Shown here piece by piece: positions 1 to 12,793 of a stretch of DNA of 64,000 nucleotides; positions within the stretch are counted from its first letter, which is position 1; each line of letters starts with the position of its first letter. The stretch is from Eledone cirrhosa (taxonomy: Eukaryota), in NCBI GenBank assembly GCA_964016885.1, contig OZ024759.1:31372001-31436000 (forward strand), given 5' to 3'. The translations under genes were made by a program, and so were the position numbers. The notes under the pieces were generated by a model that saw nothing but the letters and a program-made list of their open reading frames with translations, was not told where the DNA came from and ran no database searches.

Positions 1-258
1 TTACATCTTTTATTTCGATCCACGACAACGCTTTGTTGACATGTATCGTAAGGTTTGCCGTAATAAATGTTTATATCTAAACTGAGATAATAGGAACAGT
101 TTTTTTAGATCAAAGTTTCCTAGATAATATCTGTCACAACAGACTGATAAAACTCGAATACAAATACTTCATTAATTAAATTGCTTGCACAGCTTGGAGG
201 GGGAAAAAACAGCCCCAAAAAGAAACAAAACAATAGAAAACGAAGTCAGTTTCTCCGG

Positions 259-270
259 GCCGCCATCTTG
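259..270 (-). promoter_or_regulatory. YY1/Pho-type motif (CAAGATGGCGGC on minus strand)
   Basis: GCCGCCATCTTG in non-repetitive sequence. The ATG reads only MAARRN* on the minus strand, so it is not a CDS start. Confidence 0.35.
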
Positions 271-375
271 TGGGTTTGTATTAGTGACTGCTGTTAATGA
301 AGTATACGTGTTGCATACTAATGATAATTCATCACATTAATACGTCAATACTAATGCTATATATATACATATATA

Positions 376-519
<144 letters not shown>

Positions 520-621
520 TATATGTATGTCTATACATAGATATTCATATATATATATATATATATATACATATATACATATAGCCATATATACACATAT
601 ACACATATATGTATATATTTT

Positions 622-657
<36 letters not shown>

Positions 658-848
658 GAGAGAGAGATATATATGTACACTCACATATATATATATTCAT
701 ATATTCATACACATACACACTATATATATATATGAATAAATAAATATATATATACATATATGTGTGTGTCTGTGTGTGTGTAGACATATGTACACACACA
801 TATATATGTATATATTCATATATTCATACACACACACATTATATATGA

Positions 849-900
<52 letters not shown>

Positions 901-946
901 ATATTAAATAAATGGAAACTATAATTTATAAAATCATATTTATTCT

Positions 947-997
947 ATTATATATATTTCAAGGGTACCAAAACAATGGTACGCTTTCATCAGATAA
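947..997 (-). ncRNA. Minimal type-I hammerhead ribozyme (mirror of 1143-1193)
   Basis: Reverse complement reads tat-CTGATGA-aagcgtacc...ggtaccctt-GAAA-tatatata-ata. Confidence 0.65.
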
Positions 998-1142
998 AAT
1001 ACGAAGTGTGTTTTATAAATTTTGACATAGCCAAGGAAAGTATACCTTAACGGTTCAAGTTTTCCTTGGATAGTATGAAAACCTGAACCGTTAAGGTATT
1101 TTTCTTGGTTATGTCAACATTTATAAAACACACTTCGTATTT

Positions 1143-1193
1143 TATCTGATGAAAGCGTACCATTGTTTTGGTACCCTTGAAATATATATAATA
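1143..1193 (+). ncRNA. Minimal type-I hammerhead ribozyme
   Basis: tat CTGATGA aag-c-gtacc attgtttt ggtac-c-ctt GAAA t-atat-ATA ata. Palindromic mini stem III, AUA cleavage triplet. Confidence 0.65.
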
Positions 1194-1336
1194 GAATAAA
1201 TATGGTTTTATAAATTATAGTTTCCATTTATTTAATATCATTGAATATTATACTCCAGAAATCTGTCGAGTGCTCTGAATCAGTTATAAACATTTATATT
1301 TGTTGAATTACCAACAAATTGAATATCCCTTTTGCT

Positions 1337-1581
<245 letters not shown>

Positions 1582-1752
1582 ATGATATTAATAAATGGAA
1601 ACTATATTTATAAAACCATATTTATTCTATTATATATATTTCAAGGGTACGCATATATATATGCGAAAAGTAAGCAGAAAACAACAAAGCAAACAATACA
1701 GTACAAGGAAGAAATATATTAGTTTAACGCTTGATATAGTAAGAAAAGACTA

Positions 1753-1786
1753 TCAACGTTTCGGACACTAGTCCTTCATCAGAAGA
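1753..1786 (-). ncRNA. Minimal hammerhead motif with weak stem I; same family as 47458-47493
   Basis: Reverse complement: tctt CTGATGA a ggac tagt gtcc GAAA cgtt gata. Confidence 0.5.
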
Positions 1787-2211
1787 TAAAAGAAGAAATA
1801 AAAGAAGGGAGATCACTACTACTAATACCACTACTACTAGTAGTACTATTGATACTACTATTACTAATCTACCGTTTGATACTGGCGTGTTTAGTTCCCA
1901 TACCAAGCTCTTTCTCGCTGCTATCAGGGCGGTGTTGGCCATCTCCGATTGAATGTACCCCGAGAGTTGGAATGGATCGCCCACACTATACAGCGGGGTA
2001 ACAACTTCTCCATTCTACTCGCCGGTATTACGTGACAGCTTGCACCCTGGGTTTCTAAGCACAAACGAGTGTTCTACACTGTTCGGTGTAATATCATTTG
2101 GGGTAGCGTTTCTATTGGTTACAGCTTGCTGTTAGTCTTAGTGAATAATATAAAGGGCTGAAGGGGTTTGTGGTGGTGGGGCTTGTAAATGCAAACAGTC
2201 TATTTAATTGT

Positions 2212-2700
2212 CTGGAGGCGTGTGGCCTAGTGGTAATGGTGTTGGACAACGATCATAATGTCGAGTGTTCGATTGCTGGGCTGGGTTTCGTGTTGTGTTC
2301 TTGAGAAAAACCCTTTATTTCACGTTGCTCCAGTATACTCAGCTGTAAATGAGTACCAGCAATTTGCTCGCTCTGATCGATCGACAGGATCCCAGACCTC
2401 ATTTGCTTGTCGACTGGGTTGGACCTCGTCAAATCGTACCAAGGAAACAATATTTCCATTGGTTTTTCCATTGCTGATACTATCTATTGGTCGCAATTCC
2501 TAGCAGGAGGAGCAACAATGTGAAACAAAGTGTCTTTCTCAAGGATACAACGCATCACCCAGCAATAGTTGAGTATTTAACCCTTCGATATCAGGCGTCA
2601 TGTCCAGGGGGTAGCCTTGTACTCTCAGTCGCTTACAACGCCACGAAAACCGGGATAAGAACCGGCCTAACGACCCTTCTGGCTTAAGACAGACAGACTA
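2212..2700 (+). mobile_element. tRNA-derived SINE with an internal antisense fragment of the same family
   Basis: A box-like TGGCCTAGTGG and B box-like GTTCGATT, body ...ttatttcacgttgctccagt...ctcagctgtaaatgagtacc, tail ...accgggataagaaccggcc...(cagac)n. An inverted piece lies at about 2510-2590. Confidence 0.7.
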
Positions 2701-3423
2701 TTTAACGATCTACTGTAGAAAACAAGTCAACCTTAAATAAAGAAAGAAGACCGTAAATATGGTTGCCAGTAAAAGTATTTCTGACTTTGTGCGGAAATTA
2801 CTTAAATATCTATTCGTTTGATTAGAGAAAATGATGGAGTTTCGGCCCTTTAAAGTATTCAACTTTGTTCGTTTGACTTTGTGCTTTACTACACTGATGT
2901 AATAAATAATTGTAATGACCTAGAATCGGTTCAATTGGTCCTTCCGTTTACTTTGCACAAATATATCCATACGACTAGTCAAAAGTCATCCTCATTACCA
3001 TATTTTGTAACGGACAGTGAGGTATGTAGGGGATTTTTTTTTTCGATATAAAACGTTATTATTATTAGTTAGTTTTCTCTTGTGATCTATTATTAGACGT
3101 CAATAAAAAATATTTAACGATAGTAATAGCTATTTTCTCATACGTTTTAATCTAATATGGCAATCGACCAACGTTTAAATCTAACATATTTTATCGATGC
3201 TTCGCTTGCTACAACATCTATAATGCCAGCGGTTTTGTTAGCGTTAGAGATTTAATTACAACTCTAGGATATGTGGCGGCCGTTTTCAAAATCTAAGCTA
3301 TTTCAATGGGAAAAGTTAGTTGGTGGCAGTGCTTTCAAGTGGAGAGATTTTCACATTGACGTCTAAATAGTCTTAAGAATTAAGTCAACTCATATCTATA
3401 GAATTTAATAAAGACGTTATAGC

Positions 3424-3461
<38 letters not shown>

Positions 3462-3521
3462 AAAACAAAATGGCGTAGGATAGAAGAAAGGAAAGGCACA
3501 GAAACGAAGAAAGAAATCCCC

Positions 3522-3566
3522 AGTCACTGAAGAGGTCACAGAGTGTGTGACGAAAGAACTATGACT
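3522..3566 (+). ncRNA. Minimal type-I hammerhead ribozyme
   Basis: agtca CTGAAGA g gtcaca gagtg tgtgac GAAA g-aa-CTA tgact. Perfect 5-bp stem I and 6-bp stem II. Confidence 0.75.
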
Positions 3567-3748
3567 ATATATATATATAAACAACTATCTGGTTGTGGAA
3601 CCAACCAACCAACCAGAAATTTATAAATTTGTAAATTTATAAATATATATTAAATTATTATATTAAATTATATTAAATTAAATTGAAGTGAAAGCAACTG
3701 GTGCGTGTGTTTCTTATTGGCAACATGACCCTCCCAAAGTATAACAAT

Positions 3749-3958
<210 letters not shown>

Positions 3959-4024
3959 AACAAGTAAGACCCCGACGGCTGAGCTCAAGCCGTTTCGACG
4001 GCTAATTCTGTATATATATATAGT

Positions 4025-4342
4025 GAACTAGTAGTAAAACCACTAATGAGAGAACTCCTACATACGTGTGAATGGATGAATGTAAACGACGTTTTCAAAG
4101 CTGAATCCAGCAATAATGGTAAATGTATAAACGCACACATATATGTACACAAACATATATATATATGTTTGTGTACATATATGCGTGCGTTTGTGTATTC
4201 ACTGATTTCGTTAAATTTAAGAAAGTCATGTTAAATTTATACATTTACCATTATTGCTGGATTCAGCTTTGAAAACGTCGTTTACATTCATCCATTCACA
4301 CGTATGTAGGAGTTCTCTCATTAGTGGTTTTACTACTAGTTC
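4025..4342. repeat. Inverted repeat with about 105-bp near-identical arms and a nested hairpin in the spacer
   Basis: 4025-4131 is the reverse complement of about 4236-4342. The ORF track shows the identical peptide MRELLHTCEW... on both strands. Confidence 0.85.
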
Positions 4343-4910
4343 AGTTGACTGTGTGGATGAGAGTGTTATTAAGTTTGGCTTAGCCATACACCCAAATATA
4401 TCAGTAGATTTCAATTGAATGATGAATAACTGACCCTATGTATTGCTATAATTAATTTATGTAACGTCTCTTCCAATTTCAAATACTACTCTTTCATCAA
4501 CACCTAATGTAATTTTCACTGGATTCAACTACAGCTTGGATTTCATATCAAAATACCTCTCTCGTCTTTCAAATTACCTGACAGCGTGTATTTAAAGGGA
4601 TTACAATTGAGTCAAATTAGAAAGAACAATGGACATCTCTGAAGTGTAATTCGCGAAGCAGATAACAACAGGATCCTCTCACTAAGTAATCATACGCTAT
4701 AGAAACAGAGACACAAGCAGAAGTAAAATCTCTCACAAATCCCATTGTTTCTACCTTATCTAAGGATAAATATATGGAAGAGCCAACCAAGAAGGGAGTA
4801 GATGTCTAAGTCGTATCTAGACGTTATATATATATATATTTGGATTGCAGCTCCTGATTATTACGGGAATTCTATAAGAATCCAGCTTCTATAATTTTTG
4901 TCGGAAGCAG

Positions 4911-4970
4911 GGGAGTACGTGGCTCTGATGAACGCCAACCAGCGTGAAACAGACCGTCAGCTTCTCTCCC
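4911..4970 (+). ncRNA. Type-I hammerhead ribozyme with extended stem I
   Basis: gggag...ggct CTGATGA acgc caacca gcgt GAAA c-agacc-GTC agct...ctccc. Canonical GUC site. The host element (about 4840-5060) has a decayed inverted copy at about 49890-50115. Confidence 0.75.
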
Positions 4971-5084
4971 TTCTTTCACCGAAAAGAAGTGACATAGTCA
5001 CTACTTTAAAACTGATAGCGTATGGTCTTCTAAATGTTTTTAATTAAACATACGGTATATTGCCAAATATGCTATACATACATT

Positions 5085-5143
<59 letters not shown>

Positions 5144-5318
5144 TATAAGGATGAGGAACAAGGATTCAGTGTTGCATCATAACATATTTAATAACATGTT
5201 ACATATGTTTCACTATCGATCAGCTGGAGCCAAGACCTATTGTAGATCGAACCTGACTCTGTATATATATATATAGCTGCCTTTTATATATACATATATA
5301 TATCGATTAAATAATTAC

Positions 5319-5427
<109 letters not shown>

Positions 5428-5519
5428 CATATATATATACATACATATATATATATACATACATATACATATATATATATATGCATATATATATATGCAT
5501 ATATATATATGCATATATC

Positions 5520-5818
5520 GCTTTCGCGATCTTCAGGTTCATGATATGTGGTGACAGTCGAGTTTGCAATTTTCAACTGTGAAAATTGACAGTTGAAAAT
5601 TGCAAACTCGACTGTCACCACATATCATGAACCTGAAGATCGCGAAAGCATGAAAGTACTTGTTCAATTAACACTTAGAATTTAATATTCTATCATACTA
5701 TTTCATTATAATACCATTATATGTATTTTAAAGGATTGTAAATAAAACGAGTAAATCAGACAAAGTTGGAATTCCTCTTATTAATATAATCTTCTATACA
5801 CAATCATACACACCCGTG
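5520..5818. mobile_element. Partial fold-back element with hammerhead; same family as 47837-48255
   Basis: 5520-5580 is inverted against 5589-5649. The right arm continues to 5818. Flanked by TA-rich microsatellite. Confidence 0.8.
5628..5666 (+). ncRNA. Minimal hammerhead ribozyme
   Basis: tgaac CTGAAGA t-cgc gaaa gca-t GAAA g-ta-CTT gttca. Stem II is weakened relative to the 48099 copy. Confidence 0.55.
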
Positions 5819-5834
5819 TATATTTACCTATCTA

Positions 5835-6064
<230 letters not shown>

Positions 6065-6138
6065 CATATATATATTTATATATATATATTATCCTTATCG
6101 AGCCCTCTTCGGATTTTAGTCTTCACATTTATTAATAT

Positions 6139-6273
<135 letters not shown>

Positions 6274-6619
6274 CATATATATAAGGCATTTTTATATGAA
6301 TCACTTTAGTCAATATGTGGAATGATACAATCAGCTATATTGCTTCCAATGTTTCGTAGAAATAGATTGAATCAGAATATATATATTAAATTTGTAAGTT
6401 GGAGGCAGTTTGCAGGGTTTCATCGACTAAAATTGCTGTACAGAGTTTGCTCTAGCGAGGTTGCTAATCATATATTTATTGGTACTACAGAATTACCCAA
6501 ATGTCACTTGATACGTTTTGAAATATAATAACGATTTCTTGCCATTAATTTATAATGAATAAAGGGGCTATCATATTTATGTTACAGGTAGTGAATTTAC
6601 AGAGAAGAATAGACTATTT

Positions 6620-6850
6620 TGAGGGATTCGTTTTGCCTCTCTGCTCTCTGGGTTGAAAATCCTGCCGAAGTCAACTTTGCTTTTCATACTTTCGAGGTTG
6701 ATAAAAAAAAAAAAAAGTACCAGTATCGTACTGGGTCGGTCGATTCTTCCTCTATGTCTATTCTCTCAACCTCTGGAAGAAGTCTGCTTTATTCAAACCT
6801 GGAGAGGAGATGAGCTCCACCGGGTTTTAAAATGCCCTAGAAACGCTAAG
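6620..6850 (+). mobile_element. Meta-domain SINE variant with an alternative 3' tail
   Basis: Core ...gtcaactttgcttttcatactttcgaggttgataaaa...gtaccagt followed by a tail shared with 57890-58232. Confidence 0.65.
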
Positions 6851-6984
6851 CTAAGATTCTATTGTTATCTTGGCACCTTTAATTTTCTAATGCATTGTAT
6901 GTTTTTTTAAATTATTAAAATTTATATATATATATATACAATGTATTAACAAATGGAAACTATATTGATAAAACCATATTTATT

Positions 6985-7041
6985 TCATTATACATATTTC
7001 AAGGACACCAAAGCAAATTATGGTGCGCTTTCATCAGATAA
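6985..7041 (-). ncRNA. Minimal hammerhead ribozyme, diverged relative of the 1143 family
   Basis: Reverse complement: ttat CTGATGA aag-c-gcacca taatttgctt tggtgt-c-ctt GAAA t-atgt-ATA atga. Stem II changes preserve pairing. Confidence 0.7.
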
Positions 7042-7167
7042 AATATAATATAGATCAGTTTTATAAACAAATATTGACATACCCTTAAAGAATGCGAGTT
7101 GAGTGCTTTATATCAGTTATAAAAATATTTGCTTGTTGAATCCCAACAAATTAAATATAACTTCTAC

Positions 7168-7292
<125 letters not shown>

Positions 7293-7301
7293 CGTGTGTG
7301 C

Positions 7302-7333
<32 letters not shown>

Positions 7334-8224
7334 ATTGACTCCTCTCTCTACAACTGTGTCTGTGTGTGTGCCTATTAAATAAATAAATATATATATACAT
7401 ATATATATACACTTCTCTCTCTACAACTATTCGTTTGTGTACCTATTAAATATATTTCTATACACCTTACTCTACAACTATTTGTTTGTGTACCTATTAA
7501 ATATATACATATCTCTGTACAACTATTTGTTTATGTACCTATAGAAAACAGAAGGCTTACTATAACGTAGCTGTGATTAAGAATTTAATTCCAGTCGCAT
7601 TAATTCTTAATACTATTTTTCTTAAAGAATTAATCACGCTTAATTTTCTCATCCTATATACAATATTATTTTATATATTTTATATATTTTATTTATTTTA
7701 TATTAATTCCTTATTGGTTTCTTTCTTTGCTTTTAATTTTCATTATAATTACATACATTTCGTAAAGTTTCTACGTTTTTAGTTAATCACTATAATTCTA
7801 GAAAACTTATACCTAAAATTCTCGAAGACTGTTCGGAGAATTTTCTGTTAATAAGACTTTTTAATCTTTTCATGGCGTCAATAGAGATATTAAGTGTTTT
7901 GTTTCATGACTTTGTTTATTGTTGTTGTTGTTGTTTTTTCAAATCTAAATCTATTTCTTCCCTTATTTCAATTGGATCCAGAGGCAAGGATGTGTGGATA
8001 AAGACGTCATTTCGTAACCACGTGTTTCTGCTTTCGATATCATTACATGGCACTTGGCACAAGAGCCTACCACTCTTGTCTTGGATTGACCAGTGCCTTG
8101 CTAAGTGAAATATTTCGTACATGGAAATTGTCAAATCACCAGATACGGAATACTATATCTACGATGGATTGGAGGATTAGCATAAAGCCGAGTGCTTTAA
8201 CTTCTTTCATATAATATAATATAA

Positions 8225-8337
8225 TTGTTTCTACTATAGGCACAAGGCCAGTAATTTAGGGGAGAGGAAAATCGATTAAATCGACCCCAGTGCAATACTG
8301 GTGCTTTTTTTATCGACCCCGTAAGGATGAAAGGCAA
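8225..8337 (-). mobile_element. Octopus-type Meta-domain SINE, 3' part
   Basis: gtttctactataggcacaaggccag...tatcgaccccgtaaggatgaaaggc. Confidence 0.8.
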
Positions 8338-8375
8338 TATGATATAATATAATATATTAAAATAAAATAAAATAT

Positions 8376-8992
8376 TCTATAACATTCTAAAATACGAGTG
8401 CCCCTTGCACTTGGTTTTCTGCATCCACAAGTTATACGTTGTTGTTTAATATATCCTAGGCTATGCTCCCAAAGAAGAGAGTTTGCTTCGGAAGAAAAAC
8501 GCCCTTTTCAAAAAGACTGCAAAGGAGGAGAGCAAATGAACAGTCCCCAGAAGCTGCTATTAGCCCATTGCAAAACGATGCATCAACACCCACTGCCCGA
8601 ACTGCTGAGAGTGACGGACAGCATGACCTTAGACCGGCAACAAATGATTTATCAGAAACCGACGTCCGATCTGCTGAGACACTGGAACCTTCTGCCAACT
8701 TAACCTGTGACTTTCTCTTTCATATTTACTCCGATAGGCCAAAACAGAGTGGCAACGCCGGGGGACAACTGTCACAGAAGGAGTATGAAAAGAAGGGGCC
8801 AAACAATATTTCTATGATCAATGGACGTAGACAGCTAAACTGTACTTTGAACTTCTTAATTTTCTCCAAATAAAACAAGTTTCCTGTCGGTATATTTTCG
8901 TGAGTTTTTAACAGGCACTCACAAATAAACGTTTCTCATTGGAGGTGCTATTACCAATATTCTTACCCTGCAACGCCGTGATACACTGCTAG
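8376..8992 (+). mobile_element. Probable non-autonomous Helitron
   Basis: 5' TCTATA, 3' ...ccctgcaacgccgtgatacactgCTAG|T resembling Helitron subterminal ends. The internal ORF 8463-8873 starts with a basic MLPKKRVCFGRKTPFSKRLQRRRANE segment. Confidence 0.45.
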
Positions 8993-8999
8993 TAACAAT

Positions 9000-9420
9000 A
9001 TAAAAACATAACACAATATAATATAGTGTATAACAAAACATTAATACAACACAATATAATATTATATAATATAGTGTATAACAAAATATTAATACAACAC
9101 AATATAATATAATATAGTGTATAACAAAATATCTATACAATAAAATATATATTGTCAAGTACGAAATCGTAGAAAAATAACAGTTGACCATATGCCTCAC
9201 TACAATTTTCATACTTAACGCCACAATAATGTAATATAGTGTATAACTATATAATAATATAATATAATATAACACAATATAATATAATATAATATAATAT
9301 AATATAATATAATATAATATAATATAGTGTATAGCTATATAATAATATAATATAACACAATAAAATATAGTATAATATAATATAATATATATTATAATAT
9401 AATGAAATAAAATATAATAA
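9000..9420. repeat. (AATAT)n-derived low-complexity repeat
   Basis: Direct reading. A pure array also lies at 9820-9920. Confidence 0.85.
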
Positions 9421-9820
9421 TTGTTTATACTTTAGGCACAAGGCCAGCAATTAATCAGTGCATTACTGGTACTTCATTTTATCGAACTCGTAAGGATGAA
9501 AGGCAAAGTCAACCTCGGCGGGATTTGAACTCCGATCGTAAAGGGACGTAACTATGCTGGAAAGCATGGCGTCCGACCCTCTACCGATACTGCTATCCAC
9601 CGCCCTTATAATATAACACAATAAAATATAATATAATTGTTTCTACTTTTGGCACAAGGCCAGCAAATACCCAGTGTATTACTGGTACTTTATTTTATCG
9701 ACCCCGTAAGGATGAAAGGCAAAGTTAACCTCGGCGAGATTTGAACTCAGAATGGCAAGGGCCGTAACTCTATGCGTCAAAGCATGGCGTCCGACCCTCT
9801 ACTGATATTGCTAATCCGTA
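9420..9820 (-). mobile_element. Two tandem Meta-domain SINE copies
   Basis: Each has ggcacaaggccagcaa...ggatgaaaggcaaagt...gggatttgaactc...gacccctctaccgatac-like blocks (9420-9605, 9636-9820). Confidence 0.85.
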
Positions 9821-10979
9821 TAATATAATATAATATAATATAATATAATATAATATAATATAATATAATATAATATAATATAATATAATATAATATAATA
9901 TAATATAATATAATATAATAATCTAACATGTGTTGTTTTGTTTTATTATTTGCATTTCTTGTCATAGAAACAACACATTTGTTGACACCGACCACTCTTA
10001 TTAACGATTAACATACGTGTTCTTTGTTATCTTCAAAAGTTACTGACAATAACATATGTTAATTTTCGCTAACACTTTATTAAATGTCACTGAGAACCTC
10101 AAGAAGTGAATTAAGAGATTCTTCTCTCTTTTTTTTCTCCTATTTTTTTTTTTTTTTTATATATATACGAACTAAAGCATGCCAGCAAAAGACATCATTC
10201 ATCAGATTATTAAGATTCTATATTAAACGGGTCAGCTCTCATATTAACTCGAATTTCTCGAATCAATTATGAAGACTAAACAATAAAGAACACCCAGCAA
10301 GCAGGTATACCGATATTACTCGGTAACGTGGCATATTTCTTCGTTTTTTTTTTTACTGAAACAAATATAAGAAACTTAAAGAGATGGGTACTATTGTAGA
10401 CATTATGTCGTTTATATTTTGAGAGTGTATGTTTATGGTGGCTAACAATAGAGGAGACCCAGCAAGCAGGTATACGGATAATATTCGGTAACGTGGCATA
10501 TTTCTTCTTTTTTTTTTTTTTTTGACAATTAAGTTTATTTTGAAAGCGAGCGAGTTTGAAATAAAAATAGAATCTTTCGCCATATTTTCTTTACTAAATA
10601 CTCATCTTTTTCCATTTCTTAGAGGGTTCTAAACCCCACTATTAGGCTAAAAAATGTTTAGTAAAAAGAAAATACTGCGAAATCTATTTCATTTTTTTTT
10701 TGTTTTTACTAAAACACATATAAGAAACTTAAAGATATAGGTACAATACTATAAATATGTCGTTCATATTTTGAGAGTGTAGAGTAGAGTAAAAAAAGAA
10801 TAAAAGAACAGGCTTATGCATAGCAAAGGCCCTCAGGACATACAGTTATATACAAACTGAAAATACTATTAATATCATAGATGCTACACACATGAGAAAG
10901 GGTTCTTTTATTACAATAGAAGCAACAGCACAGGAACAGAACACAACACAGGAACAGAACACAAATAATGATGATCAAA

Positions 10980-11405
10980 ATGGTTTCTACTTAAGGCACA
11001 ATGCCAACAATTATTTTAGAGAAGGGGAAAGTCCTCTGTCTTACTGGTACTTTATTTTATCGACTCCGTAAGGATGAAAGGCAAAGCTAACCCCGACGGG
11101 ATTTGATCGTAAAGGACGGTAACTCATGCTGCAAAGCATAGTGTCTGGCGCTCTACCGATACTGTCAATCCACCGCTCTTGGTGATAGTGATAATGGTTT
11201 CTTTTATAGGCACAAGGCCAGCAATTTGGGGGAGGGAGCGGAAAGTCGGTTAAATCGACCCCAGTGCAGTACTGGTGCTTTATTTTATCGACCCCGTAAG
11301 GATGAAAGGCAAAGTTAACCTCGGCGGGATTTGAACTCAGAACGGAAATGGCCATAACTCTATGCTGCAAAGCATGGCGTCTGACACTCTACCGATACTA
11401 CCAAT
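10980..11405 (-). mobile_element. Two tandem Meta-domain SINE copies
   Basis: The same diagnostic blocks occur twice. Confidence 0.85.
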
Positions 11406-12159
11406 CCCTTAATGATAATAATAATAGTAATGATGATGATAGTGATGATGATGATGATCCCCAAAGGAAAATGGTATGGTTTTGAAAACCCATTGTTTCG
11501 TTCATGTTTTTCTCTATTCTCTCATGTACGAAGAAAGTAGCACTTGGAGCATTTATAATAACGTTGAAATTAATGTCTAATTGTGTAGAAATCTTGAAGC
11601 TGACAGAAATATTGTTAATATCAATAAGAAAATTCATCACATAGTTAAAGCCGTCATATTCTTGTAAATTAATGAAGAAAATACATTACATGCCATAGCT
11701 TCAGTCGTATAAAATCCTTTATAGATGATGTGATTTATTTCAAATACTTTTCAAATAAATTTTCATAGAATTACAGCTAGTCCACAACAAATATTTTCTG
11801 CTTATTTTTAACGCAAATGCCGACACTGTGTTTTGCTGCAATTTGCTTCCAGACATACAAATGCAGATTGGGTTGTTGGGAGGTTTGGGGGGTTAGGTGT
11901 GTGAGAAGGTAGCTGCGTGTGTGTGTATGGGGGGAGGTTCTTTCAATAACATGTTATGTATTTTGTTGAGCAAAAGTAGGTACATGAATACCAAGATTAA
12001 TTTTCTATATAAAATTTTAGCATTTGATTTGAAATATTTAACGGCTGTTTACGTTTTCTTTATTAACCACAAGGGTTTACATAAAGTAGACATTAAGGAC
12101 AGTACAGGACAATACAGGACGGTACAAATGGGCATTTCTGCGTGTAAAAAACAGAGGAT

Positions 12160-12413
12160 GTAATAAAATAACAAAGAAAAATTCCCCAATAGGGGGGAGA
12201 CTTCCGAGGGACATTTGTGGAGAAAGCCCATTAAAAGACCACAGTGACTCTGACCAACAGGGCAAGTGCCCTCTCCCAGTTTTCCACCTTTAATTTACAG
12301 ACACATACTCAGAGAAGGCCCATTCATTCGGGCCATACTTGCTTCTCTCACCCATCTTTCAACAAAATGGTGGGAAGAGAGCACTTCCCTCTCTACCCTG
12401 ATTTTCCTTTTCA

Positions 12414-12414
<1 letters not shown>
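12160..12414 (-). mobile_element. Decayed 3' fragment of Tx1/L1-like LINE
   Basis: Similar to 21070-21320 (cccaatagggggg, gagaaggcccattcattcgggccat). Confidence 0.6.
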
Positions 12415-12446
<32 letters not shown>

Positions 12447-12528
12447 AATAGTATTACTACTACTACAACTACTACTAATAATAATAATACTACTACTACT
12501 ATTACTACTACTACCACTACTACTACAA

Positions 12529-12576
<48 letters not shown>

Positions 12577-12658
12577 TTACTACTACTACCACTACTACTA
12601 CTACTACAATTACCACTACTACAACAACAACTACCACTACCACCACTACTACGACGAC
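12415..12658. repeat. (AAT)n/(ACT)n trinucleotide microsatellite
   Basis: Direct reading. Confidence 0.95.
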
Positions 12659-12793
12659 ATTATTCAGAACAAACGATTGCTATTTTTAAAAAAAAGTTAT
12701 CTATTTCCGAATCATCAATAATTTCTCAATGAATCTGATACTTCGGTTGTATTAAATGCCAACACCATAGACAGTCCTTCAATTAATATAATG

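Larger units (their letters stand above)
896..1243. mobile_element. Fold-back (palindromic) element carrying a hammerhead in each arm, Penelope-like non-autonomous
   Basis: About 165-bp inverted arms around a short spacer near 1070. A (TA)n tract lies directly on the left. Related pieces at 1580-1650 and 6940-7165. Confidence 0.75.

Noticed and set aside
247-267. Minus-strand gene start at AAGATGGCGGCC
   Set aside because: Stop codon after six residues and no splice donor before it.
10790-10915. Possible decayed R4-like C-terminus
   Set aside because: Similarity is too weak to support.
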